Source of the DNA: the human T2T-CHM13v2.0 reference genome, Homo sapiens
DNA length: 64,000 nucleotides
Assembly: GCF_009914755.1 (NCBI RefSeq)
Contig: NC_060925.1
Strand: one strand, 5' to 3'
In this document: in pieces, positions 39,901-60,184 of the stretch
Layout: each line of letters opens with the position of its first letter
How positions within the stretch are numbered: the first letter of the stretch is position 1
Translations under genes and position numbers: made by a program
The notes under the pieces: model-generated
The model's input: only the letters and a program-made list of their open reading frames with translations
Databases searched by the model: none
What the model was told of the DNA's origin: nothing

Positions 39901-41285
39901 ACATTTTCTCTGGCTTCCAATTTTAAATTCTTTATCTAATCCATACAATAAGTCACCCTATCAGACTTTATAAGACTACTGAAAACAACACTACTGCAAT
40001 GCAAGGCCACTACATTTGCAAAATTGCCGATTTTAGTGAGATTTCCCTCCTTCAACTCCTCCTCTACCCCTCTACCTGGTTTAAATCCCAAGAAAAACCT
40101 CTGTCCAGTGCTACAATTTTACTTTCCATAGAGTAGGTTTATTTGATTTTTTATTAATGATACTAAAAACTTTTTTAAAAGACTGCTGGTGTATATAGTT
40201 TCCAATACTGGGAACAGAAATAAACCCTCTGGTTTAATATTTCAAGAGAAATTATCTCATAAAAGATGAGAAGGTATCATTCAAAGGAGTCCTGGGAAGT
40301 CACAAAGTGTAAATACTTCTGGTAACAGAACAAATTAATGTCGAAGCACAACCAGTAACATAATAATGCCTCAATGCAACCGTGCCTGTCAAAGGACATC
40401 TGTATTAGCAGCTCGGGGAAGTGGCATTTGCAGAAAGGCACAACAACTGCGCTTAAAAGAAAATCATTAAGCCTCAGCCATTAATCCCCTCCCCCATCCT
40501 CTTCGTCTGGATCTTTCCAAACAATTAACCAGTAGAAGGTGCTATTCTGCAACCCACATGTATTCACACCAACCTCCATCCTTGGGCCACAGCTGGGTTT
40601 ATCCCAGGTGGACTAGCCTATTCCCTGTCCAGTATTCAAAGGAGCCCCCTAAACAGAAAACCAGATCTTTTCTTATAACCCTTATTTACAAAAACAACAT
40701 TGACAGCTCAATTGCCAGCAAACCTGACCATCAAACCATCACACCACTAAAAACATGCAAACATCATCTTGCTAAATATTAACCTCAATACAACCTTTAT
40801 AATATTAATCAATAAAATCTATTTCTATCTAGAAAGACTCTGCTCACATTCACTACTAAGACTCAAGTGAACAAATCACTGTCCCCAACAAAATCAGGGT
40901 CAATGAGAAATACAAAAGCAATGAGAGCTGAACGTAAGGCCACAACATATAAAGAGGGATTTTATCTTTACATATACAAAAAAGAAAGAGCAGCAGAAAC
41001 CACGGCTGCAAAAGGAATAAAGGGAGGCAGAGAGAAGAGAAGTCTCTGAACATGTTTTTGAGTGTCCTTTAGTTTCCAATGCACTCTTCTGCCTCACAAG
41101 GTTGCAAAAACGGCCAGGCATGAGATGGGTGGAAGAAAGCTGTAACAGAAAAGCACCCTCCCTTCCCCCATCTTCTCTCTTCTCTCCCAAAAAGAGCTGT
41201 GTTTGTCTGTGCAAACCTAGTCCCAAATATGGGAGAGAGAGAATGAATGTGTGTATGGAAGAACAATGAGCCCTCAGCTTGGTAT

Positions 41286-41330
41286 TGTGTGTGTGTGTAT
41301 GTGTGTGTGTGTGTGTGTATATGTGTGTCT
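41286..41330. repeat. (GT)n microsatellite, interrupted
   Basis: tgtgtgtgtgtgtatgtgtgtgtgtgtgtgtgtatatgtgtgtct. Confidence 0.9.
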
Positions 41331-42615
41331 GTCTGCCTCTGCCTCTTTTCCCTTCGACCTCAACAACAACAGGGAGAGCTGGAAGCCAGCTTTCCACCCA
41401 TCCCAGGCCATCAAAATCAAAACTGGTTGATAATTTACAGTAGTATTAACTCAGCAAGCAAATCCATGGAACAAAATATCAACCCAAAGATGATTTTATT
41501 ATTGTACAGATCCAGCTTCTCTCCCCTCCCCCAACAGACTGAGACTAAAAAGACCAGTGTACACTAGACAAAAAGGTCTCTCTTTAAATGGAAAGCAATT
41601 ATGAAAACTGTTTCAAATCTTAGATGCATCAATTCCTGCTATATTAAAATGTCTATTTTGTAATTCACCAAGTTCACCCTCTTACTAGTTATCTTTTTTT
41701 GCGTTTAAAAATTCGCTGTGAAGAAGGCTATTTCACGATTCATACAAAACTACTTTCTAAATGTACCTTAAAAAAGCAACAGATACTGAAACATTTAAAG
41801 CACCCAGTTTCTCAAGGACCCATTTTACTTAAATCAATGTTTGAAGTCTGTAATCCAGAAAAATTGTAAGCAAACCTTGGAAAAGAGACAGAGGAAAATG
41901 ACAATTCAACAATGAATCATTCTGTTTTCCTTTCAACAACTTCTCAAGCAACCAGTTTCAAAGGAAGCCTGCAACACTTTTCCCCCCTCCTAGCAGACAC
42001 ACATACACACGTGTATGTAAAACTACGAATCTTTCCATCATCTTAAAAATTAGTAATAAATAGAAGCCACCCTCCTTCAGAGAGCAGAACTAAAACAGGA
42101 TAGTAAGAATTCTATTCTGCTGCAAGTGACTTTGGGTTTCATAATTTTCTAATCACATACAGCTGAGAACTAGAGATTGGGAGCACAAAGAGGAAATCTT
42201 CCCCCAATGAGAAAATGATACTTTAATAATAAAGTCCTCCCCCCAGCACCCCGAAATCCACAAACATTCAAGAAATTTACAGTTTCAGTCCTTGACTTCC
42301 TTCCCTTCCAGTTTCAGCCAATAATGTAGTCACATGAAATAGTTTAACCTCAAACAAGTAGAACAAGAGCATGAATAAGAGGCCAAGAGAGAGCAGGGGT
42401 CAGAAGGCACGCAGGAACGGTCACCTGGCCCGGACAGGACCAAAGAAGTGCCCTGCCCTCGCCCGACTCCCCTCGACTTCGGCTTCGACCCCAGCCTTTT
42501 CTTCCTGCCTCCCCCCGGGCGAGTGACTGCTTTCACGGCCGACCCTCTCTGACCACCAGGACGAGGGGCCAAAAAAGAAAGCACACGACCCGGCGCGGGC
42601 AAGTTGGACACTTAC

Positions 42616-43100
42616 CTTCCCCTAAAGCGCTACACCATCAATAGTGAGGTGTTCGCGGCCCAGCTCCGGGGAAAGTGGCGGGGATGGGGCGGGAGGCCGC
42701 GCGGAGGCTGCGGGGCCGCGGGGCGCAGGGCCGAGAGGGGCGGCCCGCGGGGAGGCGACGCGGAGGGGCTGAGGGGGCTTCCCTGCCGTGACCTTTCCTG
42801 CGACTTGAACCTAGGCTCCCTCCTCCTCGGTCGGGCAGATCTTTCAGAAGCAGGAGCCCAGGATCATGTCTGGTTTTGTTTTCCGAGGGCGAGGGGGCTC
42901 CCTGAGGATGATGGTGATTTTTTTTTTTTTTTTTAATCCTCAACTAGGAGAGAAAATGAGGCAGAGACAATGTGGGGAGCGAGAGAGGGGAAAAGGACGG
43001 GGGAGGAGGCGGGGACCGAGGCCCAGCGGGGCGAGCGTCTCGGGGTGTGCGGGAGGCTGAGGAGGCTCCGGAGCGCGGAGGGTTGCTCGCGAGCGTCTGT
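42616..43100 (-). other. RERE: Non-coding exon 1 (5'UTR)
   Basis: Plus strand cacttac|cttcccc = minus GGGGAAG|GTAAGTG, a consensus donor at the edge of the CpG island. Only short uORFs inside. 5' boundary estimated from CCAAT boxes ~110-150 nt further upstream. Confidence 0.8.
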
Positions 43101-43211
43101 GGGAACAGCGGCACCTCCGCGATGGTGGCGGAGCCGCGGCGGAGCTGCTGCACCGACCCGCCGCCCACTCCCCGCTCGGGCCCGGCCCACCTCGCAGTAT
43201 CGCGCCCCTCC

Positions 43212-43253
43212 ATTGGTACAGCGCGGTGTGACGCGGCCGGGGGCCCGGCCAAT
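43212..43253. promoter_or_regulatory. Two opposite-orientation CCAAT (NF-Y) boxes flanking a half-CRE
   Basis: ATTGG 43212-43216, TGACGC 43229-43234, CCAAT 43249-43253, just upstream of the inferred TSS. Confidence 0.6.
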
Positions 43254-43276
43254 GGGAGGCGGAGGAGGCGGGATCT

Positions 43277-43282
43277 CTTTTT

Positions 43283-43314
<32 letters not shown>
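43277..43314. repeat. Poly(dA:dT) tract inside the CpG island
   Basis: About 30 consecutive T adjacent to the CCAAT box, not Alu-associated. Confidence 0.9.
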
Positions 43315-43317
<3 letters not shown>

Positions 43318-44379
43318 CTTTTTAATAAAATGAGCAGAGAAGAAGGCGGAGAGAGGCCGAGCCTTGACAACGCCGCGGCCCGGGGCTCGAGGGCTCGCGC
43401 TGCAGGCGGCGGCCAGAGGCGGTGGGCTGGGCTCCCGCCGCGGGCGCGTCTTTGTGAGAGTGCGAGGCCGGCCCTCCTCCGCCGCCCGCCGCGCTCCAGT
43501 ACCGCCCCCCGCGCCCCCCGGGCTGGGCCGGGCTGGCGGCGCGGGCAGGTCCCGGGTGGGGTGGGGGGAAGTCCGGTTGATCTTGCTGTTACCCGGGTCT
43601 TAATTGGCCTTTTCAGTCATTAGGACGCGGATCCATGTTGCTGCGGGCTACAGAGTGGGTGTAAACCATTCTCATATGGACTCTTTCGAAATTCTGATGA
43701 GCGGCTTGTAATATTTTTCAAATAGTGTACATGACAAAAGATGAATTACAGAAAGAAAAATAAAAGTGATAAGTCGCACTGCTTATTTGAAAAGAATAAA
43801 AAGTGTCATGAAGGCATAAAGGAGAGACTGTACAGGTACAGAAGGGATTTTAGAAAGAGCAGTGTACAACTCTATAAGGTAAGTGTGAAAAAAAATCTAA
43901 AAAGAGGAAAAGACCAAACATCACCTCTTTTTCTTTGAAGAATGAAGTATTGTGTCCCACTTCCCGAAAGCCTGATAATCACAGGGTCTATCATGCTGTA
44001 AAGGGAGTAGGGGCAGGCCAAATGATCATATTCTAGTTCATATAATTTATGGGATTGAGGGGTTTGGAAATTTCAATTATGATTAGCAGTTTTTGAAATG
44101 CACATCATGTTTATTGAGTTCTTTCACAGAGCCTGGCACGAATCCAGGGTGAATCATCAACCTATTGTTGGTTTGTTAATATTCTGTAAATGCTTATTGG
44201 TGTCCTTATACCATACACTCTTCCCGAAGGAGTTAAGGTCCGTATAAAATAAGGGGTAGAAAACGTAGCACAAAATAATTCACTCATCTGTTTCAAAAGA
44301 AGTGATAATTTTCTCCTTGGAAAATCTATTCAGATTATAATTTCCACATTGAATTATTCATTTTTTTTTTTTTTTCTGA

Positions 44380-44693
<314 letters not shown>

Positions 44694-44959
44694 TAACAGA
44701 TACTATTGGACCATGACCCAAGAGATCTTAAAAAAAAAAAAAAAGCCATAGATCCTTGCCATCACATTTCTGAGTAACTTTCAGCAAGAAAAATCCTCTT
44801 TGCTGGAGTTATGAAATGGGGAAACTAGTTAATATCTCTTTATATATCTGATAATGTGAGAACTGAATTTTAAAACCTAATAAATTCAATAAACTGCTTC
44901 CAACATTCTAGATATGGATAGGACTATCTGACTTCCTGTTTGGAAATGATGAGGGATAA

Positions 44960-45157
<198 letters not shown>

Positions 45158-45741
45158 TGAAATTACAGGTGTGTGCCGCCACACCCAACTAACTTTTGTA
45201 ATTTTAGTAGAGATGGAGGTTCACTATGTTGCCCAGGCTGGTCTCGAAACTTACAGGAGCATTATTTCTAATAAAGATTCAGCTCTGTGGTAGACAAATG
45301 GACAATGCACTGCCATCCAGCAGGGAGGAGAGAGGCTCTCCACGTTAGGAAATAACATTTACTATGGTATTAGGGATTGGCCGTCACTTTCATTTATCCA
45401 TAAAAATGTAAATTTAGAAGTCCAGAAATGCCACATAGTTACAAAGCATAATATATGGTATCAGACCACAAAATTAGCAAACTAAACCCATTTAACTGTA
45501 ACAGTCCCACGAAAGAATTGTGGTCCAGCCATAAAGCCGGAGAGTACTGGACCTCCTTCCAAGGATCTGAGAAGCTGATAATGCAGTAAAATAATCTTCA
45601 TCGTTAAGAACAACTATTAAACTATTGATTGAAAGCTTATGTTCCCAGTGCCCTAAGAAACATGTTACATTCTTTAGCCCACTTTTTCTCCCCATGAAGT
45701 GTATTATTATTATCTCTTTTTTTTTTTTTTTTTTTTTTTGA

Positions 45742-46083
<342 letters not shown>

Positions 46084-46545
46084 TAAAGACGTAAAATACC
46101 GACTTGGATTTTTTTCCCATATTAAATTTTTAAAAGTTTCCTTATTCTCTTTTCAGCAATATTTTTAAGTGGGAATTAAGTAAATAAAGTAGTTATTGAA
46201 TCTGAAAATATCAAGGACTTTTTTTAGTTATTTTATGTATCTTACTACAGGTAAGAAGTGATTTTTTTTTAAATATACAGAGATCACATCAGAGCTGTAT
46301 TAAAGGAAGATGGAAAATGGGGATTATTTAATAAATGATATTGGGACAACAAGATAGCTATATGGGGAAACAAAAAACAACAACACACACCCACTAGATT
46401 CATATTACTCCTAACACACCCCACCCCCAAAATCACAGGTGGATTTCTTTATTTTTTTAATTGAAATTTTTTTTTTTTGGAGCCCAGGAATTTGAGACTA
46501 CTCTGAGCAACATAATGAGACCCCCATCTCTACAAAAAAATTTTA

Positions 46546-46719
<174 letters not shown>

Positions 46720-47713
46720 TTAGCCCTTGCTTATACGTGTTGAAAATGTTTCTCCCCAGTCTGCCTGTTTCTTGCATTGCTATGGTGTTTTTATGCCTTA
46801 TAGGGATGTGAAATATTTATGCAGTAAAATTTATTGGTGTTTTTTCCTTTATGGCGTCTGGATTTCCTGCCATGTTAGAAAGAGCTTCTTCAATCCATGA
46901 TTTGAAAAAGTTTTAGTGTTCTTCTAATACTTTTGATTTCATTTTTTAAAATCATAAAAATTTGGCATAGACAAAAGAATATACATTATGTGTACATAGG
47001 TTGAGGGGGATAATAATAAAATAAACACCAGTAAACTCAACCTAAGAAATTGTGGTTTAGTGGTTTCACTTTTTTAATCATTTATTTTAATTTTTTTTAG
47101 AGACAAGGACTTTTTTCTTTTCATATCAAGCATGGATAATTCTTATAATTAAAAAAAACCATTCAAGTTCTTTGAACATACAGCTGGTAACTAGTCTTCA
47201 TAATTCACCAGCAGTACTCAAGCTTTAGAACATGTAAATTATTTTCCCCTAAAATGCCTTAAGCAGAACTAGGGTGCTTTAGCAGGCCTTGTAGCAGACT
47301 GAAGCTTGTTTCTAGGCATTTTCTATGAAATTGGCTTCCAAGTTTATGTAGTGCAAATATAAGCCAATAACGAGCCTCAGCTATATCTCCCGTTGCACTT
47401 TTTCAGGTTGAGCCTCCAGCAGCACTTCTTTCTTCCCCACTGCCAGTTCTCCGAGCTCACCTTGCATTTACCCACAGCGGGTTTTCACTTTATAATTTAT
47501 TGTAAATCGAAATTTCTCCCTCTCCAGTTTTTTCCCCTTGGGCCAGGTAAGTAACCCCTGGTAGCCTTTGAAAGTCCCTGCACTGAATTGGAACGGAGAA
47601 ATGGTTGATGTTTCAGAGCACATGTGTGAGCAAATACAGAGAGAGGTGAAACAGCTTTTCAAAACAAAGGATCAAATATCAGAAACCCTTTTCCTTTGTT
47701 TGGCTGTGATTTA

Positions 47714-48024
<311 letters not shown>

Positions 48025-48059
48025 TCAAAAAAAAAAAAGATTTCCAATTCAACTCTAGA

Positions 48060-48575
48060 CCCTAATGAATTTTATTTCCACCAAGGTAGAAGTGGGCCTG
48101 ATTACCAACACACTTACAGATAGATCTCAAGAAACCCTGCTTCACTGGGCCACGTCGGATTTATGGGAGGGATGCCCTTCCCTTTGAGTCGCACTTTGAG
48201 CCACAGCATGTTGTCTGGGGCACTAGGATGCCGTTTGGATGAGATCTAAACCCAACATCTGACTTCTGACCACTTGTGGTTATTAAAAGTCTCCTAGGGC
48301 TTGTGAAAGAATTAAAGGGAGGAGACGCTGATTTTCATTGTCTTGGCCCAATTCCAAGTTTGATAATTAGGAGTCCTCCTCCCTCTGTCTTCCTGCCATT
48401 TCACTGAGACATGCAATTCCACACTTCCTGTTATAAACAGCTGTCCACTGTTAACTGAGTGAGCCAGAGAGCCAGCAAATTCCACCCTAGGGGAAGCTGC
48501 ATTTCAAAATAAACATTTCCTCCACATCTACTTGTAAATTACCTAGGTTTACCTTGGAGGAAAGGTGTTATTTTC
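48060..48575 (+). mobile_element. AmnSINE1 (5S-Deu SINE), near full length, highly diverged
   Basis: Collinear matches to the remembered consensus: cttccctttgagtc, cagcatgttgtctggggcact, ttggatgagatctaaacc, ctgaccacttgtggttattaaa (48266-48287), tgtcttggcccaattccaa, cacttcctgt, ttccaccctaggggaagctgcatttca (48480-48506), gaaaggtgttat tail; weak 5S-like head at ~48085-48145. Confidence 0.8.
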
Positions 48576-49073
48576 TAGGGATAAGAAGGGCATAATAATG
48601 GGGAGTTGAGAACTATCCACAAACCCTAGTTTGTCTAAACACCAAACAAACAAGACTAACATTGATCACAAAGGGGCCCTCAGAAGAAATCTCCTCACTA
48701 AAGAAAATACATTTTAGATTCTAAAATTGTCTTTAGGGGGTCCAGAATTTAATTGTATAACATTGATGTGGCAGGTGCTATTAGCCACCAAAACTCACTT
48801 CTTCAATCCAAGGCATCTACACAAACAGAATAAAGAGGAAAAACTCTGTAACCCCGGAAAAAAAAAAAAAAAAAAAAAAAAAAACAGAAAAATTCACCTC
48901 CGCCATCCACGCTCCGGTGTCGATGTGACACATGCCTGGACACTCATTTTAGTGCTTCCCTCCTCTTTGTTCAGCTTTTCCAGGCACCTTAATTTCAAAA
49001 TATCCACATTCCCATTCCTTTCAATGCCAAATATCTCCTTCTACTACTCCAGTTTCCAGAATAAATTCTGCTA

Positions 49074-49394
<321 letters not shown>

Positions 49395-49424
49395 TTAAAA
49401 TCTTATTAATAAAAACAGCATTTT

Positions 49425-51270
<1,846 letters not shown>

Positions 51271-51888
51271 TCAAAAAAGCAAGAGCATTTGAGTTCTGTC
51301 CTTTTTATGGTGAAGAATGGAGACTTACTCAACATCTGAAGTACAGATTTAGCATGAGGAGGTTCCAACGTGGAAGCCAGGCAAAGCAGAGCAATCTGAC
51401 CTCAGGAAGGGAAGAGACAGAAGTGAGGCCACGGGAAGGTCGGGACTGCAGCTCTCTTCCCAGCGTTAATGTCACTGGTCCCCTGTTCTCATCTTCCCAC
51501 CCCCCGGCCTCCTCACCCTGCACCACGTGGCTTTTCTTGACTTCACAGCCTTCTTCTATTTGCACCTCCCTCGTAATTGCGGCTTGCATGTGGCTTCTCA
51601 CAGCCTCTCCGGTTGTTCCGCAGCTTATGACTGAGCAGCTTGGGCGGCTTCTGCCAACTCCTCATGACTTCAGTATTTCCTAGTTAAAATTCCTAAGAGG
51701 AAGAAACCTAATTGGCCCAGGTCATCCTTTCAGGCCCCACCCTGGCCTGGCCACTGAAGGCTGTCAGCCATCGGTCAGTGCACAGCCAGGCTGTCCCAGG
51801 GAGCTGCTTCCCCAAAGGCTCAGCAGGACAGCTTGTCTGAAGATGGGCCCAGGGGTGTGACAGCTCTCCTGATGTGTCACACAAATAC

Positions 51889-53445
<1,557 letters not shown>

Positions 53446-53680
53446 ATGTGCTTTTGGAATGGGTGGTGGCAAAAAAAGATAAGAGTTACGCTAGTGTCAA
53501 CTCATGCCTGTAATCTCATCACTTTGAGAGGCCAAGGCGGGTGGATCTTTTGAGCCCTTAAGTTTGAGACCAGCCTGGGCAACATGGCAAAACCTGTCTA
53601 CTAAAAACACAAAAAATAGCTGGGCATGGTGGTGTGCACCTGTAGTCCCAGCTACTCAGGAGGCCAAGGCAGAAGAATCA

Positions 53681-53998
<318 letters not shown>

Positions 53999-54120
53999 TT
54001 AAATAATCACCTTTACAGTGGACATTTGTCCTTTCTTACAGAGAAAACCCAAAAGAAGGGGAGAAGGGGCAGACCATAAGTTACAGAATGTTCACATTAT
54101 CTTGATCAGTAAAAATTCTA

Positions 54121-54493
<373 letters not shown>

Positions 54494-54595
54494 TCAAACT
54501 AGTAGCAAATTCTTACTATACCCAAGGAGAGTAAAGATAACACCAAGTACACACCTGTAATCCCAGCACTTTGGGAGGCCGAGACAGGTGGATCA

Positions 54596-54838
<243 letters not shown>

Positions 54839-55039
54839 TTAAATATTTCCCAAGAACCTGTGACTAGATTATATCTACATAATGGTCTGTATCTGTGTGT
54901 TTGTGAAGAATTCTCCCCGTAGAGGTAGATTCTTGTCTTCCTAAGACAAATCTGAATCAGTCCTAAGATCACATCATCAGTGACTTGATGTCCTCCTCCC
55001 CTTCGTCCCTGTTTAGATTCCATGGTCAGAGTCCTCTCT

Positions 55040-56190
<1,151 letters not shown>

Positions 56191-56490
56191 AAGGAAGAGC
56201 CAGTGGCTCACACCTATAATCCCAGCATTTTGGGAGGCCGAGGCAGGAGGATCACTTGAGGTCAGGAGTTGACCAGCCTGGTCAACATGGCAAAAACCCC
56301 GTCTCTACTAAAAACACAAAAATTAGCTGGGCATGGTGGCGCATGCCTGTAATCCCAGCTACTCAGGAGGCTGAGGTACGAGAATCGAATCGACTGAACC
56401 CGGGAGGTAGAGGTGGCAGTGAGCCAAGATTGTGCCATTGCACCCAGCCTGGGCAACGGAGACTCTGTCTCAAAAAAAAAAAAAAAAAAA

Positions 56491-56860
56491 GGAGAGCCAG
56501 CTGGACTCCAAAAGAGAGCCCATCCTTCTACCGAGCCCAGCCCAGGTGACCCCATTTTGCCTCTCTCCCAGGCTTGACCACTATGCCATCATCAAGTTCC
56601 CACTGACCACCGAGTCTGCTATGAAGATGGAAGACAACAACACACTTGTGTTGATTGTGGATGTTAAAGCCAACAACACCAAGTCAAACAGGCTGTGAAG
56701 AACCTCTATGACGTGGATGTGGCCAAGGCCAACACCCTGATTCGGCCTGATGGAGAGAAGAAGGCATAAAGGCATATGTTCGACTGGCTCCTGATTATGA
56801 TGCTTTGAATGTTGCCGACAAAATTGGGATCATCTAAACTGAGTCCAGCTGGCTAATTCT
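56491..56860 (+). pseudogene. RPL23AP19: 5'-truncated RPL23A retro-pseudogene, apparently with a retained intron 3' end
   Basis: [33 protein letters not shown] from 56573; continues with frameshifts to KIGII* (TAA 56835-56837) plus short 3'UTR. Preceded by a pyrimidine tract and CAG instead of upstream codons. Number from recall. Confidence 0.9.
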
Positions 56861-57158
56861 TATCTGATACAATTGATCACTGTTCCTGCCTCCTCTTTGC
56901 CAGAGGGGCTCTTGCAATTTTGTTGAGTTTTACCTCCAGAAGCCCAACTGGGTTCTCACAATGATCTGAAAAAAATCCCCTCATGCTTCCAGCAGGGGGA
57001 GAGGAAAAGCAGCCGTTTTGGAATACACCCAGAACACTCTGATTTTTTCAGGGGATTTTTTTTTTCTTTTGAGACAGAGTTTTGCTCTCCTTGCCCAGGC
57101 TGGAGTGCAATTGAGTGATCTTGGCTCACCGCAAACTTCGCATCCTGGGTTCAAGTGA

Positions 57159-57508
<350 letters not shown>

Positions 57509-58885
57509 GGGCCAGGTGCAGTGGCTCACGTCTGTAATCCCCCAGCAGCACTTTGGGAGGCAGAGGCAGGAGGATCCCTTGAGCCGGGAAGTGGAGGCTG
57601 CAGTGAGCTGAGATCCAGTCACTGCACTCCAGCCGGGAAGACAGAGCAAGTCTCTGTCTCAGAAAAAAGAAAGAAAGAAAGAAAGAAAACAAAAGAAGAA
57701 AGCTTTATCAGACAAACAAAAATTGAGAAAATTCACATCCGTAATCCCAGCATTTTGGGAAGCTGAGGCAGGGAGGGCCCCTTGAGCCCAGGAGTTCAAG
57801 ACCACCCTGGACAACATAGTGAGACCCCAGCCTCTACAAAAAATTACAAAACTTAGCCAATCATGGTGGCACATGCCTACTCTGGAGGTCAAGGTGAGAG
57901 GATCACCCAAGCCAGGGAGATTAGGGCTGCAGTAAGCCATGATTGTGCCACTGCACTCCACCCTGGGTGACAGACCGAGACTCTTGCCTAAAAACAAACA
58001 AACAAAAAAATTAAGGACATTTTTGCCGGCAGACCTGCTTTTCAAAAAATGTTTAAAGTATTTTTTTGTTTTTGTTTGTTTTTGTTTTTGTTTTTTGAAG
58101 TGGAGTCTCACTCTGTCGCCCAGGCTGGAGTGCAATGGCGCGATCTCGACTCACTGCAACCTCCACCTCCCAGTTCAAGTGATTCTCTTGCCTCAGCCTC
58201 CCAAGTAACTGGGACTATAGACGTGCACCACCACACCCGGCTTATTTTTGTATTTTTAGTAGAAACAGGGTTTCACCATGTTGGCCAGGCCGATCTCGAA
58301 CTCCTGACCTCTGGTGATCTGCCCGCCTAGGCCTCCCAAAGTACTGGGATTACAGGTGTGAGCCACTGCACCTGGCCTAAAGTTTTTTGTTTTTGTTTTT
58401 GTTTTCCTGGGCACAGTGGCTTAATGCCTGTAATCCTAGCACTTTGGAAGGTCGAGGCAGGCAGACTGCTTGAGCCCAGCAGTCTAAGACCAGCCTGGGC
58501 AACATGGCAAAAACTCATCTCTACAAAAAACAAAAAAATACAAAAAATTGGCGACATGTGGTGGTGCACACCTGTAATCCCAGCTACCCAGGAGGCTGAG
58601 GTGGGAGGATCACCTGAGCTAGGGAGGTCAAGGCTGCAGTGAGATGAGATTGTGCCATTGTACATCAGCCCGGGTGACGGAGTGAGATGCTGTCTCAAAA
58701 TAAAATAAAATAAAATAAAATAACGCTGGGCGTAGTGGCTCATGGCTGTAATCCTAGCGCTTTGGGAGGCTGAGGCAGGCAGGTTGCCTAAGCTCAGGAC
58801 ATCGAGACCAGCCTGGGCAACACAGTGAAACCCTGTCTCTACTAAAATACAAAAAATTAGCCAGGTGTGGCAGCGTGCGACTCTA

Positions 58886-59080
<195 letters not shown>

Positions 59081-59441
59081 TCAGAAATACATGAAGAAAG
59101 GAGGAACATTAGAGAAGGAATAAGTGAAGATAAAATAATCTTACATGAAGTGACACAAAAAAATCTAAGGAATAAATATATGTTGAAGGAGAAAGTTAAC
59201 ACACAAAAAGACATTTATAGAATGGCACCATTCATATGAATTATAAAAACATACTAAACAGGCTGGGCGTGGTGGCTCACACCTGTAATCCCAGCACTTT
59301 GGGAGGCAGAGGCAGGCAGATCACGAGGTCAAGAGATCGAGACCATCCTGGCAAACACAGTGAAACCCCGTCTCTACTAAAAATATTTTTTAAAAAAATT
59401 AGCCAGGCATGGTGGCAGGCACCTGTAGTCCCAGCTACTCA

Positions 59442-59648
<207 letters not shown>

Positions 59649-59683
59649 TTACCTCTGGGGAGGGTGGCAGGAAGGCAATGTGA

Positions 59684-59836
<153 letters not shown>

Positions 59837-59960
59837 TAGCTAATTTTTGTATTTTTAGTAGAGATAGGGTTTCACCATATTGGTCAGGCTGGTCTCGAAC
59901 TCCTGACCTGAGGTGATCCACCCACCTCAGCCTCCCAAAGTGCTGGGATTACAGGCGTGA

Positions 59961-60184
<224 letters not shown>

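Larger units (their letters stand above)
42400..43650. promoter_or_regulatory. CpG island promoter
   Basis: Very GC- and CpG-rich tract in an otherwise CpG-depleted window, with GC boxes (GGGCGG/CCGCCC). Lies in a ~5 kb Alu-free zone (~39.4-44.35 kb). Confidence 0.95.

Noticed and set aside
42970-43623. 217-aa plus-strand ORF and other ORFs over the CpG island
   Set aside because: Low-complexity Arg/Gly/Ala/Pro with poly-Phe from the T tract; stop-poor GC-rich DNA, no recognisable protein.
45307-45325. CTCF-like motif (minus strand ccctgctggatggcagtg)
   Set aside because: Mismatches in the core; not supportable without ChIP or PWM scoring.
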